Shown here: positions 11,562 through 25,061 of the stretch, piece after piece
Numbering within the stretch: the stretch's first letter is position 1
Layout: each line of letters begins with the position of its first letter
NCBI GenBank assembly: GCA_963514005.1
Contig: OY740784.1
Coordinates: 73,904,001 to 73,968,000 of the forward strand
Length of the DNA: 64,000 nucleotides
Direction of reading: 5' to 3'
Source of the DNA: Raja brachyura
Lineage: Eukaryota
Notes under the pieces: generated by a model
Databases searched by the model: none
What the model was told of the DNA's origin: nothing
The model's input: the letters and a program-made list of their open reading frames with translations, nothing else
Made by a program: the position numbers and the translations under genes

Positions 11562-12189
11562 GTTAGTAAAGTTACTCTATTTACTTTTAAGTTTACTATC
11601 CCTCAGTACACTAGGTAGAGCAGATGATATACAAAGTCCTGATAAAAGATGAATCACGAGTATTGAAGTCTACACTTTTCAATGTTGCCTGTCTGGTCTT
11701 TTGCTTTATTTAGAACCTATTCCCGGTTTATTCAACTTACACTACCATTTTTGAATGAGAAACAAATTTTCCACTGCCACCTCCTCCCCTGGGGTTACTA
11801 ACATCGTCACCGCTCTGCTTCCGTTGCCTTCTCCTCCTCAAGGTGGAAGATGTCGGTGACTAGGTGGAGGGGGGTGGTGGCAGAGTGGACAAAGTAATAG
11901 CCGACTGGAAGAAGCAGCACCTGGCGAGAAGGGAGGAAGCCCCATGGTGACCAAGCGCCTCCTGGTGGCAGCCTAAAGAAGGCCCTGTCGGGCAAGGGTT
12001 AGAACGTAAACTGCAACAGAAGCGCATCAACCAGTCGGTGTGGCAGCTGCTGAAGATGGGCTCACTGGTGCAGACCAGCAGTATTGGTGCTAGTTTTAAG
12101 ATACAACAACACAAAGTACTAGAATAACTCAGTGGGTCAGGCTGACCTGCTGAGTTACTCGAGCACTTTGCGTCGTTTTGTGTTATAAC

Positions 12190-14446
12190 CCAGAGGCTGC
12201 TAAACAAGATGAGAGCCCATGGTATTAGAGGGAAGATACAAGCATGGCTATAAATAAGTAAGTTTATTGGCCAAGTATTCACATACAAGGAATTTGCCTT
12301 GGTGCTCGCCCCACAAGTAACAACATGACATACAGTGACAGTTACGAATGACTCAGAAAACACTAAACATTAATAATAATAAAACATTAATGATAAAACA
12401 TCATTGATCAAGCTTTTTCTGGTGGGCTGCCAGTAGATAGTGATGTTCTGCAGGGGTTGGTGTGTGTCCACTGCTTTTCACGATTTATGTTAATGATTTG
12501 GATGATGGAATTGATGACTTTGTAGCCAAGTCTGCAGATGATACGAAGATATGTGGAGTGGCAGGTTGTGTAGGGAAAGCGGTGAGTCTGCAGGAGGAGT
12601 TGGGCAAGTTGGGAGAGTGGACAAAGAAGTGGCAGATAGACTGCAGTACAGCAAAATGTGCAGTTATGCACTTTGGTTTTAGGAATACAAGTGTAGATTA
12701 CTTTCTAAATGGGGCGAGAATTCAGAAATCAGAGGTGCAAAGGTACTTGGGAGTGCTGGTGCAGGATTCCCAAAACATTTACAGTTTGAATCTGTAGTGA
12801 AGAAGATAATTTGAGAGGACTAGAACACAAAAGCAGGGAGGTAATGCTGAGGTTTTATAAGGCACTGGTCAGACTACATTTGGAGTATAGGTTGAACACC
12901 AAATTTTCCGACACCCTCGATTCCAAAGCCTTTCTGGATTATCTTTTTTCTGGACTAACAGGGGTCATGTGACAATGAATCGACAATACACATCTGGCTT
13001 GCTAATGACTGTCCTCCCGTGTCGCTAAAGCATCATTGTGTGCCAGAAACTTAAATAAAACAAATGTAAAATGGAAACTGAATGTCAATGGAAGGACCTG
13101 CCAACCTATCCCAAATACAGTTACATGGCCGTTTAGAGCCTCCGAAACCACCCCTAACTCGCACTAGCGCGCCCTTCTTCACCCACACAAAGTGCTGGAG
13201 TAATTCAGCAGGTCAGAATCTCGGGAGAACATGAATAGACAACATCGGGACCCTTCCTCAGTCGGCTGCGTCACTCCAGCACTTTGTGCTGCATTATGCC
13301 CTCTTGGTCACCATGGGGCTCCCTCACCTCTCACCTGCTGTCGTTTCTAAGGTGGGGTATATCGGTGACTCTGGGGGAGAAGGATGAGGTGGGGGGGAGG
13401 GGAGGGGTTTGGCCACACCTTCCGACCTATAGGTAGCCACTTTCATCTCCTCCCCCCTGCCCCCTCCTCTCCACCACTACTGCCATCTCATCCTCCCCAG
13501 GAGTCGCAGATATACTCCACCTTGGAAGCAACAGCGGGTGAGAGGAGAAGGAGCCCCACGGTGACTGAGAGGGCACACTGAAACACAAAGTGCTGGAGTA
13601 ATTCATCTGATTGAATGAATCTGAGGAAGGGTCCTGATGTCACCTATCTATGTTCCCCAGCGGTCCTGACCTGCTGAATTACTCCCGCACTTTGTGTCCT
13701 CTCGGTAGGTGAAGAAAGGCTCGCTGATGCACCTTGCTAGGCTGGAGTGGCCTCGGAGGCCGGGGCTCTAAACGGGCGGGGAGACAATGTGAGCTAAGCA
13801 TGGATCGGCTGGTCCATCCACTACATTCAACATTTGTTAGAACGGGGCTTAGGAGAGAAGATTACGAGCATAGTTAATTATTTCACGATGGTGGGACACG
13901 ACCGGAAAGAGCGTTCCCCACTTGTAATGCCATCTGGACACTCAGGCAATTTCAAATGAGCTCTCATAATTTTGTACAGATTGTAGGTGTGGGTGGACTA
14001 TCAGTTGCTGGAAAATAGGTGTTCAACCTTGATTGTGAGCAGTTTTTGGCCCCATACCTCAGGAGAGATGTGCTGGATTGGAGGGGATCCCAAGGAGGTT
14101 TATGAGAATATTCCCAGGAATGATTGGGTTAACGTATGATGAGCATTTGTTGTCTCTGGGCCTGTACTCACTGATGTATTGAATGATGAGGGAGTAGATC
14201 TCATTGAAACTTACCAAACAGTGAAAGACCTGGATCGAGTGGATGTGGAGAGGATGTTTCCACCAGTGGGAGAGTCCAGGACTAGAAGTCAAAGCCTCAG
14301 AATGAATGTATGCACCTTGAGAGGAAAGGAGGAGGAATGACAAGTCAGCGGATGGTGAATCTGTGGAATTCATTATTGTGAAGGCCGTCTTTGAGTAGTT
14401 TTAAAGGGGAGATCAGGTTCTTGATTAGTAACGGTGTCAAAGGTTA
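12190..14446 (+). mobile_element. Degenerate CR1 LINE split by a MITE; its tail resumes near 18800
   Basis: PLLFTIYVNDLD...ADDTK. The HLEY|CEQFW motif is split at 12887/14033. Confidence 0.8.
12888..14031. mobile_element. Tc1/mariner (pogo/Tigger-like) non-autonomous element
   Basis: Inverted ends AGGTTGAACACC / GGTGTTCAACCT, inserted at a TA in the CR1. The right-hand TSD is imperfect. Confidence 0.65.
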
Positions 14447-17400
14447 CATAGAAACATAGAAAATAGGTGCAGGAGTAGGCCATTTGGCCCTTCGAGCCTG
14501 CACCGTCATTCAATATGATCATGGCTGATCATCCAACTCGGTATCCTGTACCTTCCTTCTCTCCATACCCCCTGATCCCTTTAGCCACAAGGGTCACATC
14601 TAACTCCCTCTTAAATATAACCAATGAACTGGCCTCAACTACCTTCTGTGGCAGAGAATTCCAGAGACTCACCACTCTATGTGTGTAAAATGTTTTCCTC
14701 ATCTCAGTCCTAAAGGAATTCCCCCTTATTCTTAGACTGTGACCCCTTGTTCTGGACCTCCCCAACATCGGGAACAATCTTCCTGCATCTAGCCTATCCA
14801 ACCCCTTAAGAATTTTGTAAGTTTCTATAAGATCCCCCCTCAGTCTTCTAAATTCTAGTGAGTACAAGCCAAGTCTATCCAGTCTTTCCTCATATGAAAG
14901 TCCTGACGTCCCAGGAATCAGTCTGGTGAATCTTCTCTCTACCCCCTCTATTGCAAGAATGTATTTTCTCAGATTTGGAGACCAAAACTTTACGCAATAC
15001 TCCAGGTGTGGTCTCTGCAAAACCCTGTACCACTGCAGTAGAACCCCCCTGCTCCTATACTCAAGTCCTTTTGCTATGAATGCTAACATACCATTTGCTT
15101 TCTTCATTGCCTGCTGCACCTGCATGCCTACTTTCAATGATTGGTGTACCATGCACCAAGGTTGCACCTACGCTTTTCCTAATTTGCCACCATTCAGGTA
15201 ATAGTCTACCCTCCTGTTTTTGCCACCAAAGTGGATAACCTCACATTTATCCACATTATACTGCATCTGCCATGCATTTGCCAACTCACCCAGCCTATCC
15301 AAGTCACCCTGCAGCCTCCTATCATACTCCTCACACCTAACACTACCCCGCAGCTTAGTGTCATCTGCAACTTGGAGATGTTGCATTCAATTCCCTCGTC
15401 CAAATCATTAATATATATTGTAAATAGCTGGGGTCCCAGCACTGAGCCTTGCGGTACCCCACTAGTCACTGCCTGCTATTCTGAAAAGGACCCGTTCACT
15501 CCTACCCTTTGCTTCCTGTCTGCCAGCCAGTTCTCTATCCACATCAATACTGAACCACCAATACCGTGTGCTTTAAGTTTGTATACTGATCTCTTATGTG
15601 GGACCTTGTCGAAAGCCTTCTGAAAGTCTAGAAATAACACATCCACTGGTTCTCCCTTATCCACTCTACTAGTTACATCCTCGAAAAATTCTATAAGATT
15701 CGTTAGACATGATTTACCTTTCGTAAATCCATGCTGACTTTGTCTAATGATTTCACCACTTTCCAAATGTACTGCTATCCCATCTTTAATAACTGACTCT
15801 AGCAGTTTCCCCACTACCGATGTTAGACTAACTGGTCTGTAATTCCCCGTTTTCTCTCTCCCTCCTTTTTTAAAAAGTGAGGTTACATTAGCTACCCTCC
15901 AATTCTCAGGAACTACTCCAGAATCTAAGGAGTTATGAAAAATTATCACTAATGCATCCACTATTTCTGTGGCTACTTCCTTGAGTACTCTGGGATGCAG
16001 ACTATTTGGCCCTGGGGATTTATCGGCCTTTAATCCATTCAATTTACCCAACACCTCTTCCGGGCTAACCTGGATTTCACTCGGTTCCTCCACCTTATTT
16101 GACCCCCAGTCCCCTGTTATTTCCGGCAGATTATTTATGTCTTCCTTAGTGAAGACCGAACCAAAGTAGTCATTCAATTGGTCTGCCATGTCCTTGTTCC
16201 CCATGATCAATTCACCTGTTTCTGACTGCAAGGGACCGACATTTGTTTTAACTAATCTCTTTCTCTTCACAGATCTATAAGAACTTTTGCAGTCAGTTTT
16301 TATGTTCCCTGCCAGTTTTCTTTCATAATCTATTTTCCCTTTCCTAATTGAGCACTTTGTCCTCCTCTGCTGGACTCAGAATTTCTCCCAGTTCTCTGGT
16401 TGGCTGCTTTTTCTGGCTAATTTGTATGCTTTATCTTTTGTTTTTATACTATCCCTGATTTCCCTTGTTATCCATGGATGCACTACCTTCCCTGATTTAT
16501 TCTTTTGCCAAACTGGGATGACCAATTTTTGTAGTTCACCGATGCAGTCTTTAAATACCTTCCATTGCACATCCACTGTCAACCCTTTAAGAATCACTTG
16601 TCAGTCTATCTTGGCCAATTCACGTCTCATACCTTCAAAGTTACCTTTGTTTAAGTTCAGAACCCTTGTTTCTGACTTAATTATGTCACTCTCCATCCTA
16701 ATGAAGAACTCAACCATATTATGGTCACTCTTGCCCAACGGGCCACGCACAACAAGACTACTAACTAACCCTTCCTCATTACTCAATACCCAGTCTAGAA
16801 TAGCCTGCTCTCTCGTTGGTTCCTCAACATGTTGGTTTAGAAAATTATCCCGCTTACATTCCAAGAAATCCTCTTCCTCAGCACACCTGCCCATTTGATT
16901 CACACAATCTATATGTAGATTGAAGTCACCCATTATAACTGTTTTACCCATGTTGCACGCATTTCTAATTTCCTGTTTGATGCCATCCCCAACTCCACTA
17001 CTACTGTTAGGTGGCCTGTACACAACTCCCACTAGCGTTTTCTGCCCCTTAGAGTTTTGCAGCTCTACCCATATCGATTCCACATCCTCCAAGCTAATGT
17101 CCTTTCTTTCTATTGCATTAATCTCCTCTCTCACCAGCAACACTACCCCACTTCCCTCTCCTTTCTGTCTATCCCTCCTGAATATTGAATATCCCTGGAT
17201 GTTCAGCTCCCAGCCTTGGTCCCCTTGGAGCCACGTTCCATGATCCCAACTATAGGATAGTCATTAATAGCTATCTGCACATTCAACTCGTCCACCTTAT
17301 TACAAATGCTCCTTGCATTGAGACACAAAGCCTTCAGACTTGTTTTTACAACACTCTTACTCCTTAAAAAATTATGTTGACAAGTGGTCCCTTTTGATTT

Positions 17401-18797
17401 TTGCCCTGTAAACCCACCACCTCTTATTCTCTGTTTATTTTTTTTCTTCTTTCCCCCCTACATGTTGGGTCTGAGTGCTTCCCTTCTCTGCCTCCTGCCT
17501 CAGACCCTGTCTACCGGCTTTCTCTATTTGAGTCCCTTCCTCCAACCGTTCTAGTTTAAAGTCCCCCCAGTAGCCTTTGCAAATTTCCCTGCCGGGATAC
17601 TGGTTCCCCTCGGGTTCAAGTGCAACCCTTCCTTTTTATACAGGTCACTCCGTCCCCAAAAGAGGTTCCATTGATCCAGAAACTTGAATCCCTGCCCTCT
17701 GCACCAGTCCTTCAGCCAGGCATTTTTCCTCCACCTTGCTCCATTCTTACTCTCACTGTCGCGTGGCACAGGAAGTAATCCAGAGATTGTTATCTTTGCG
17801 GTTCTTTTCCTTAACTCTCTTCCTAACTCCCTAAATTCACCTTTCAGGATCTCTTATCTTTTTTTACCTATGTCATTGGTACCAATATGTACCACAACCT
17901 CAGGCTCCTCTCCCTCCCTTTTCAGGATATCCTGGACACGTTCCGACACATCCTGGACCCTGGCACTAGGGAGGCAAACTACCATCCGGGTCTCCGGACT
18001 GCAACCACAGAATCGCCAATCTGACCCCCTAACTGTAGAGTCCCCTATTACTAATGCCCTCCTCTTCTTTTCCTTACCCTTCCAAGCAACAGGGCCGGTG
18101 TCTGTACCGCAGGCCAGGTCGCTGTTGCTACCCCCAGGTAGGCTGTCCCCAACAGCACTCAAACCGGAGTACTTATTTCTAAGGTGTACAGCCACTGGTG
18201 TACTCTCTTGCACCCGCCTCTGCCCCTTGCCTTTCTTAACCGTGACCCACGTGTCTGCCTCCTGTGGTTTTGGAGAGACTGCCTCCCTGTAACTCCCCTC
18301 TATGACTATACTCGCTCTCCTTGACTAGATGGAGGTCATCGAGCTGCTGCTCCAGGTTTCTAACACACTCCTTTAGGAGCCCCATCTCAACACACCTGGC
18401 GCAGGTGGACGTCTGGAGGGCTACCCGACTCCATGACGTCCCACATCTAACATCCAGAACAGTAAGCTGCCCTGGCACTCATACTTCCCGTACCCTAGAT
18501 ACAACTCAAAATACAATATACTATACAAAAAACACAGTACAGTACACTAGAAACTGCTGGAATCTGACTGCCAATCAGCTGTGTGCTCAAGTCCACCAAT
18601 CAGCGGCTTCCTCAAGCTCAGTTAATTGAATGGAACATTACGGATTTAGAACGTTACGGATTTCCCTTACCGCTCGGACGTCGCTCGTCCCTCACCAACG
18701 GCTCCTGGGCCTCTGTAAAAACAAAGCCCCGCGCTGGGTTTTTACACTCACCACTCGGACGTCGCTCCTCCCTCACCATCGGCTCCTGGGCCTCTGT
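14447..18797 (-). mobile_element. Near full-length CR1 LINE (ORF1 with SGNH-esterase, ORF2 APE-RT), frameshifted
   Basis: ORF1 ALVIGDSTVRG...VVVHIGTND. APE motifs VYRPP, GDFN and SDH. RT motifs present, a (CATAGAAA)n tail, and a duplicated ~45-bp 5'UTR unit at 18670-18797. Confidence 0.95.
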
Positions 18798-19093
18798 CAC
18801 AGGAAAAAGGCAGTAGAATGGGGCTGAGAGGGAAAGATAGATCAGCCATGATTAAATGGCGGTGTAGACTCAATGGGCCGAATGGCCTAATACTCCTCCT
18901 ATGAACTTATGAACTAGAAACTGCAGTTTTTTGTTTCTATCTAGTTTTAAGGTGATTCTGTCTTGCGTAAAATGTGACGCGTAAGGATTTACAGAACATA
19001 ACCCTTACTTAGGACGGGGAGTGTCTGTAGTTTCTATGTAATGTAATAAATCAGTTGGTGTCTTTCATCTCAATGTTACCCTTTTTATTCCAG

Positions 19094-19192
19094 ATGTCTT
19101 TACTATATCTGATTTTTCAGAACAAGCACCTCTCATTCTACCTGGCCCTATCTCAGATGGCCAGTTTTATTCTCCTCCTGAATCTGTTGTGG
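19094..19192 (+). CDS. STARD3NL: STARD3NL coding exon 6 (FFAT-like motif QFYSPPES)
   Basis: ttccag|(N)VFTISDFSEQAPLILPGPISDGQFYSPPESVV+G|gtgagt; 99 nt, phase 1-1. Confidence 0.93.
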
Positions 19193-19775
19193 GTGAGTAT
19201 TGCTGAAGAATGCTGGAAATTTTAGCCTCATCTCTAACTGCGTTTGATTTCGTTAAGCTAATAACAGCTTTTTATGGGAAATGTTGGCCATTAATTTCCC
19301 GTAGCTTGTGTTTATTGTGCAGCAATAACAAGAAGAATATGGAGGATTTGATTAATTCATTTTGAAATATACATTTGTGCGCCTACATGAATTGACAACA
19401 TGGAGCAAAAGCTCCATGAGGTGTTGATGAGCCAGTTATTGCAGCAACTATACATGTGGAACAAACAGGGACATTCAGCAGAAATGTAGTAGCAATACCC
19501 TTTACCCCCTGTGCCATTCTCATTGCTAGTGCTCCTCATGGTGTCTCAATGCCAAAATAAATGCTAAGAAATTACAACGCCACTCCAATTATCTGAGAAC
19601 ATTTCACAACTCTTCACTGTACTGTTTTCTCTCTTTGTTGCATGATATGATGCAGAATGTCTCAAACTATTGACCCTGTTGCCAGAGTGCCTTTCACTCC
19701 AAACTTGTTTTATGGTTTTCATCACCGTATAAACCACTTGCAATCTAATGATCTCCTGGAACCTATTTTCTTGCT

Positions 19776-20355
19776 TAAGGGCCTGTCCCACCAGCATGCA
19801 ACTCTATGCGATAAACGCGATCAAACTAGAAGCGGGGGCCGCGCGGAGGTCGGGTGATCCCCTGTACAGGGCCGTTCCCACCAGCATGCGCCTGCATGCG
19901 GCAAGCGCAACCAAACCGGCAGTAGGGGCCGCGCGGAGGTTGGGTGAGTGGCGCAACACGGCGCAAAGTGAGGCGAACCTGGAGCGAAGTCTAAGTTAAG
20001 TTCGCCAGGACAGAGAGGGGGCACCGAGGCACACACACACACAGGGCCACGGAGCCACACACATAGAGAGTCACAGAGGCACCTACAGATAGGTTCACGG
20101 AGGCACGATGTCGGGGCGGTGTGTAAACGTCGAGGCGACTGCGAGCCGGCAAGCCGTTGCCGCGCAGAATCTTTGGACATAGTCAGTTTTTCGGAGCCCC
20201 GCATGGTGTCGGGACGAACTTGGGACGAACTCCGCACAATTCCGCAAGGCTCTGGCGATCGAAGTGGGACCGGCCCCGCGACGCCTGACGGCTCAAGCGA
20301 CCACGTTAGGTCGCACTAATCGCATAGAGTTGCATGCTGGTGGGACAGGCCCTTT
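19776..20355. mobile_element. PIF/Harbinger-like MITE
   Basis: TIRs AGGGCCTGTCCCACCAGCATGC / GCATGCTGGTGGGACAGGCCCT with TTA/TAA flanks. Confidence 0.82.
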
Positions 20356-20359
20356 AGTT

Positions 20360-22641
20360 TATAGAAACATAGAAATTAGGTGCAGGAGTAGGCCATTCGG
20401 CCCTTCGAGCCTGCACCGCCATTCAATATGATCATGGCTGATCATCCAACTCAGTATCCCATACCTGCCTTCTCTCCATACCCTCTGATCCCCTTAGCCA
20501 CAAGGGCCACATCTAACTCCCTCTTAAATATGGCCAATGAACTGGCCTCAACTACCCTCTGTGGCAGAGAGTTCCAGAGACCCACCACTCTCTGTGTGAA
20601 AAATGTCCTTCTCAACTCGGTCCTAAAGGATTTCCCCCTTATCCTTAAGCTGTGACCCCTTGTCCTGGACCACCCCAACATCGGGAACAATCTTCCTGCA
20701 TGTAGCCTGTCCAACCCCTTAAGAATTTTGTAAGTTTCTATAAGATCCCCTCTCAATCTCCTAAATTCTAGAGAGTATAAACTGAGTCTATGCAGTCTTT
20801 GTTCATAAGACAGTCCTAACATCCCAGGAATCAGTCTGGTGAACCTTCTCTGCACTCCCTCTATGGCAATAATGTCCTTCCTCAGATTTGGAGACCAGAA
20901 CTGTACGCAATACTCCAGGTGTGGCCTCACCAAGACCCTATACAACTGAAGTAGAACCTCCCTGCTCCTATACTCAAATCCTTTTGCTATGAAAGCTAAC
21001 ATACCATTCGCTTTCTTCACTGCCTGCTGTACCTGCATGCCTACTTTCAATGACTGGTGTACCATGACACCCAGGTCACGCTGCATCTCCCCTTTTCCTA
21101 ATCGGCCTCCATTTAGATAATAGTCTGTTTTCCTATTTTTGCCACCAAAGTGGATAACCTCACATTTATCCACATTATACTGCATCTGCCAAACATTTGC
21201 TCACTCACACAGCCTATCCAAGTCACCTTGCAGTCTCCTAGCATCCTCCTTACAGCTAACACTGCCCCCCAGCTTAGTGTCATCCGCAAACTTTGAGATA
21301 TTGCCTTCAATTCCCTCATCCAGATCATTAATGTATATTGTAAATAGCTGGGGTTCCAGCACTGAGCCTTGCGGTACCCCACTAGTCACTGCCTGCCATT
21401 GTGAAAACGGCCCGTTTACTCCTACTCTTTGCTTCCTGTTTGCCAGCCAGTTCTCTATCCACATCAATACTGAACCCCTAATGCCGTATGCTTTAAGTTT
21501 ATATACTAATCTCTTATGTGGGACCTTGTCGAAAGCCTTCTGGAAGTCCAGATACACCACATCCACTGGTTCTCCCCTATCCACGTTACTAGTTACATCC
21601 TCGAAAAATTCCTCAAGATCCACAACCTTTCGTAAATCCATGCTGACTTTGTCCAATGATTTCACCACTTTCCAAACGTGCTGCTATCCCATCTTTAATA
21701 ACTGACTCTAGCAGTTTCCCCACTACCGATGTTAGACTAACTGGTCTGTAATTCCCCGTTTTCTCTCTCCCCCCTTCTTAAAAAGAGGGGTTACGTTTGC
21801 TACCCGCCAATCCTCAGGAACTACTCCAGAATCTAAAGAGTTTTGAAAGATTATCACTAATGCATCCACTATTTCCGGAGCTACTTCCTTAAGTACTCTG
21901 GGATGCAGCCTATCTGGCCCTGGGGATATATCGGCCTTTAATCCATTCAATTTACCCAACACCACTTCCCGACTAACCTGGATTTCACTCAAGTACTCCT
22001 TTGACCCACGGTCCCCTGCTATTTCCGGCAGATTATTTATGTCTTCCTTAGTGAAGACGGAACCAAAGTAGTTATTCAATTGGTCCGCCATATCCTTGTT
22101 CCCCATGATCAACTCGCCTGTTTCTGACTACAAGGGACCTACATTTGTTTTAACTAATCTCTTTCTCTTCACATATCTATAAAAACTTTTGCAGTCAGTT
22201 TTTATGTTCCCTGCCAGTTTTCTTTCATAATCTATTTTTCCTTTCCTAATCAAGCCCTTTGTCCTTCTCTGCTGGTCTCTGAATTTCTCCCAGTCCTCTG
22301 GTATGCTGCTTTTTCTGGCTACTTTGTACGCATCATTCTTTGCTTTGATACTATCCCTGATTTCCCTTGTTATCCACGGATGCACTACCTTCCCTGATCT
22401 ATTCTTTTGCCAAACTGGGATGAACAATTTTTGTAGTTCATCCATGCAGTCTTTAAATGTCTTTCATTGCGTATCCACCGTCAACCCTTTTAGAATTGAT
22501 TGGCAGTCAATCTTGGCCAATTCACGTCTCATACCCTCAGAGTTACCTTTCCTTAAGTTCAGAACCATTGTTTCTGAATTAACAATGTCACTCTCCATCC
22601 TAATGAAGAACTCAACCATATTATGGTCACTCTTGCCCAAG
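20360..22641 (-). mobile_element. Young CR1 LINE, 5'-truncated
   Basis: Long RT and C-terminal ORFs (20451-22445), near-identical to 41853-42920. Confidence 0.95.
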
Positions 22642-25020
22642 AGGGATCATTGTTTATGGCAGAATTATATAATTGTTTATGGCAGAACATGTCCAAGAAG
22701 CTAACCAGTGAAACATTTTTACTCTTTCTTAATTCTAAAGTGTGTAAGTTTTAATATAACTGACAGATTATTGCTTTAATGATTCTTCCTGCCAGTTACA
22801 TCCAACTGGCGCTATTGGGCCTATTCTGTTGGACACCCACGCGGTATTGTTGTTATCGTAAAAATTACGATAACCTGACTCTTATCTGGCACCACCAATA
22901 GTCTCCTAAGATTCCTGATGACAGCACATCTCTGTATTTGCACAAGCAGTTTCTGGATTTCTTGCTTTTCCCTTCACCCAGATTTCGATCCACTTGTCTG
23001 TCTATCTGCACTTGCGTCACTTACCCCTTCCCACGGACTTAATTATTATCCCATTATCACTTTCCTGGCTTGCCCATTCATGGGAACAGGATATTTTCCT
23101 GCGATAAGGACAAGGTTGGAACTTTCTAAAAAAAATTGGGATTAGAAATATGATCACTTCTCAACACTCTTGAAATCTAAGAAGGGTGGTAATGTTTTAA
23201 GTTGAATATTTTGGCTTTTGCAATGCTTTACGTTTGCTCTAGTGTAGCTACCAGATCTCTATCTGTGATGAGAGCTTATGCACGGTCAATAAGCAATAGC
23301 CTTATACAAAATATTATACACAAATATTCAGCAATTTATTTGGATCAACATTATTTATTTTCTGCAATAATAGGAATTTATTATTTCTAATCAATAATAG
23401 GAATCCATTATTTCCCTAAGTAACCAAGGAATTTCCAGAAATAGTGTTCATTCCTATAACTGTAATTCTTAAACAGTGTTTAAATTTTATTTTGTAAGCA
23501 TTTGCTGAATCAATCAAACATATAGTGTGTCAACTAAAATCGGCACTTCTGCTTTCTGGTGGTTGGTTTTTTGTATTAATCCCGTTCTTGTCACTACAAG
23601 GAAAACTGATGGTGATTCTCAGAAGTGTAATTGTAGAATTATAAATATGTGCTGAGAAATGAATGGGCCTTCAGCATATTCAAGCGGATGTCTGTCAGAT
23701 TTTTGGCCAATCACCTTCCCACTTTAGACTGCAGTGTTAAGGTGCACAGTTTAATGCTGTCTGTAGGGTGAGTTTGAACTAGCATTTCACTCTTCATTGA
23801 ATTTGACTTTGTGTTTTTCCACTGATATCCTGATTATGTTTTGCAGGTTTTTTTCTTCCACTGTCTTGCACAATTTGTGTATGTTATGTTTTGTTCGCTG
23901 TCTGCATCTATGTTTATGTAATGCTACTGCAAGCAACATTTTCATTGTACCTCTACCTCATTGCCCTTGTGCATGGCACAAAAACAAAACTTGACTGCCC
24001 TAGAATTTGAGAAGTGCTGCAATTAGATAGGTCTGATAACCACATCCCCTGGCTTGCAAATATTTAGTGCAGAGATTGGTTGAAACTTCTAATGATACTG
24101 ATCCTCTGATATGGGGCCTTGTTTCTCAAATGAGCCAATTTCTGCATTTGTGGTTAAACCACAGCAGTCTTTGCTACGTGTTAGGACTCTTGACTCTGCT
24201 GCCGAGGCTGAGGTTTCATTTTACAGGTGTTGATTATAAGGGAATGTAACTGTTTTTACAGCCACTTTACCAAGCTTGGGTCAAACACATTAACATTGAA
24301 CTATTTTTTTCTCTACCTATTTCTCTTCTATTTTCTTCTTTCCCAATTTGCATGTTCCTACTGCTTTTGTGCCCGCTGTCTATGCGGCCCTCACGCCTTC
24401 CTTCCTGCCCACCGCAGCATTACAAATTTGATCAGTAAAGATACAAATTTTCAATACCCGGCATTAAAGTAAATGAGGGTGGACAAGAGGTCACCTGTTT
24501 TGGGCTCTGCTGCAGAAAGGATGTTGATGCAACATAGGATACGCCATTGATTCTCTAGATTGCTGTCTCGTCTGAAAACATTTAAGAAAATATATTTTTG
24601 GCAACATAGCCGTAGTCATAAAATGATAGCACAGAATGTTGATGAAAAGTAGAGAATTTATGTTGTGCCTATGAACTTTGGGTATAACAGGGAAATAGAA
24701 AGCTGAACTGATAAGTTGGAGAGATGACCCATTTCCACTAAAGCAGCTGGCAAAATGACATTTAGTTATTTAAAGAATCCTGGAATAAAAAGATAGCAGG
24801 GGTACTGATGGCCTTGGGACTATTCGATTGTTTTAAAAATATTTTTCTTTTTGTAAAGGAAACCTGTTGTTTTTGTCCAATCTGTGACTCCATCAAAGTT
24901 ATATGATAGCTGTCCCAAAGGCAGTTTTTGCAGGCATGAATACAAATTGCCAAACAACCATTTTTATGTCACAGATTTCTATGATCTGGAAACTGATGTT
25001 AATCTGCTCTTAATTTGTAG

Positions 25021-25061
25021 GTTCTGAAGAAGAAGATGATTCTGAGTATCCAGTGCATTAG
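25021..25061 (+). CDS. STARD3NL: STARD3NL last coding exon
   Basis: ttgtag|(G)SEEEDDSEYPVH*, with TAG at 25059-25061. No START domain follows, so this is STARD3NL and not STARD3. Confidence 0.85.
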
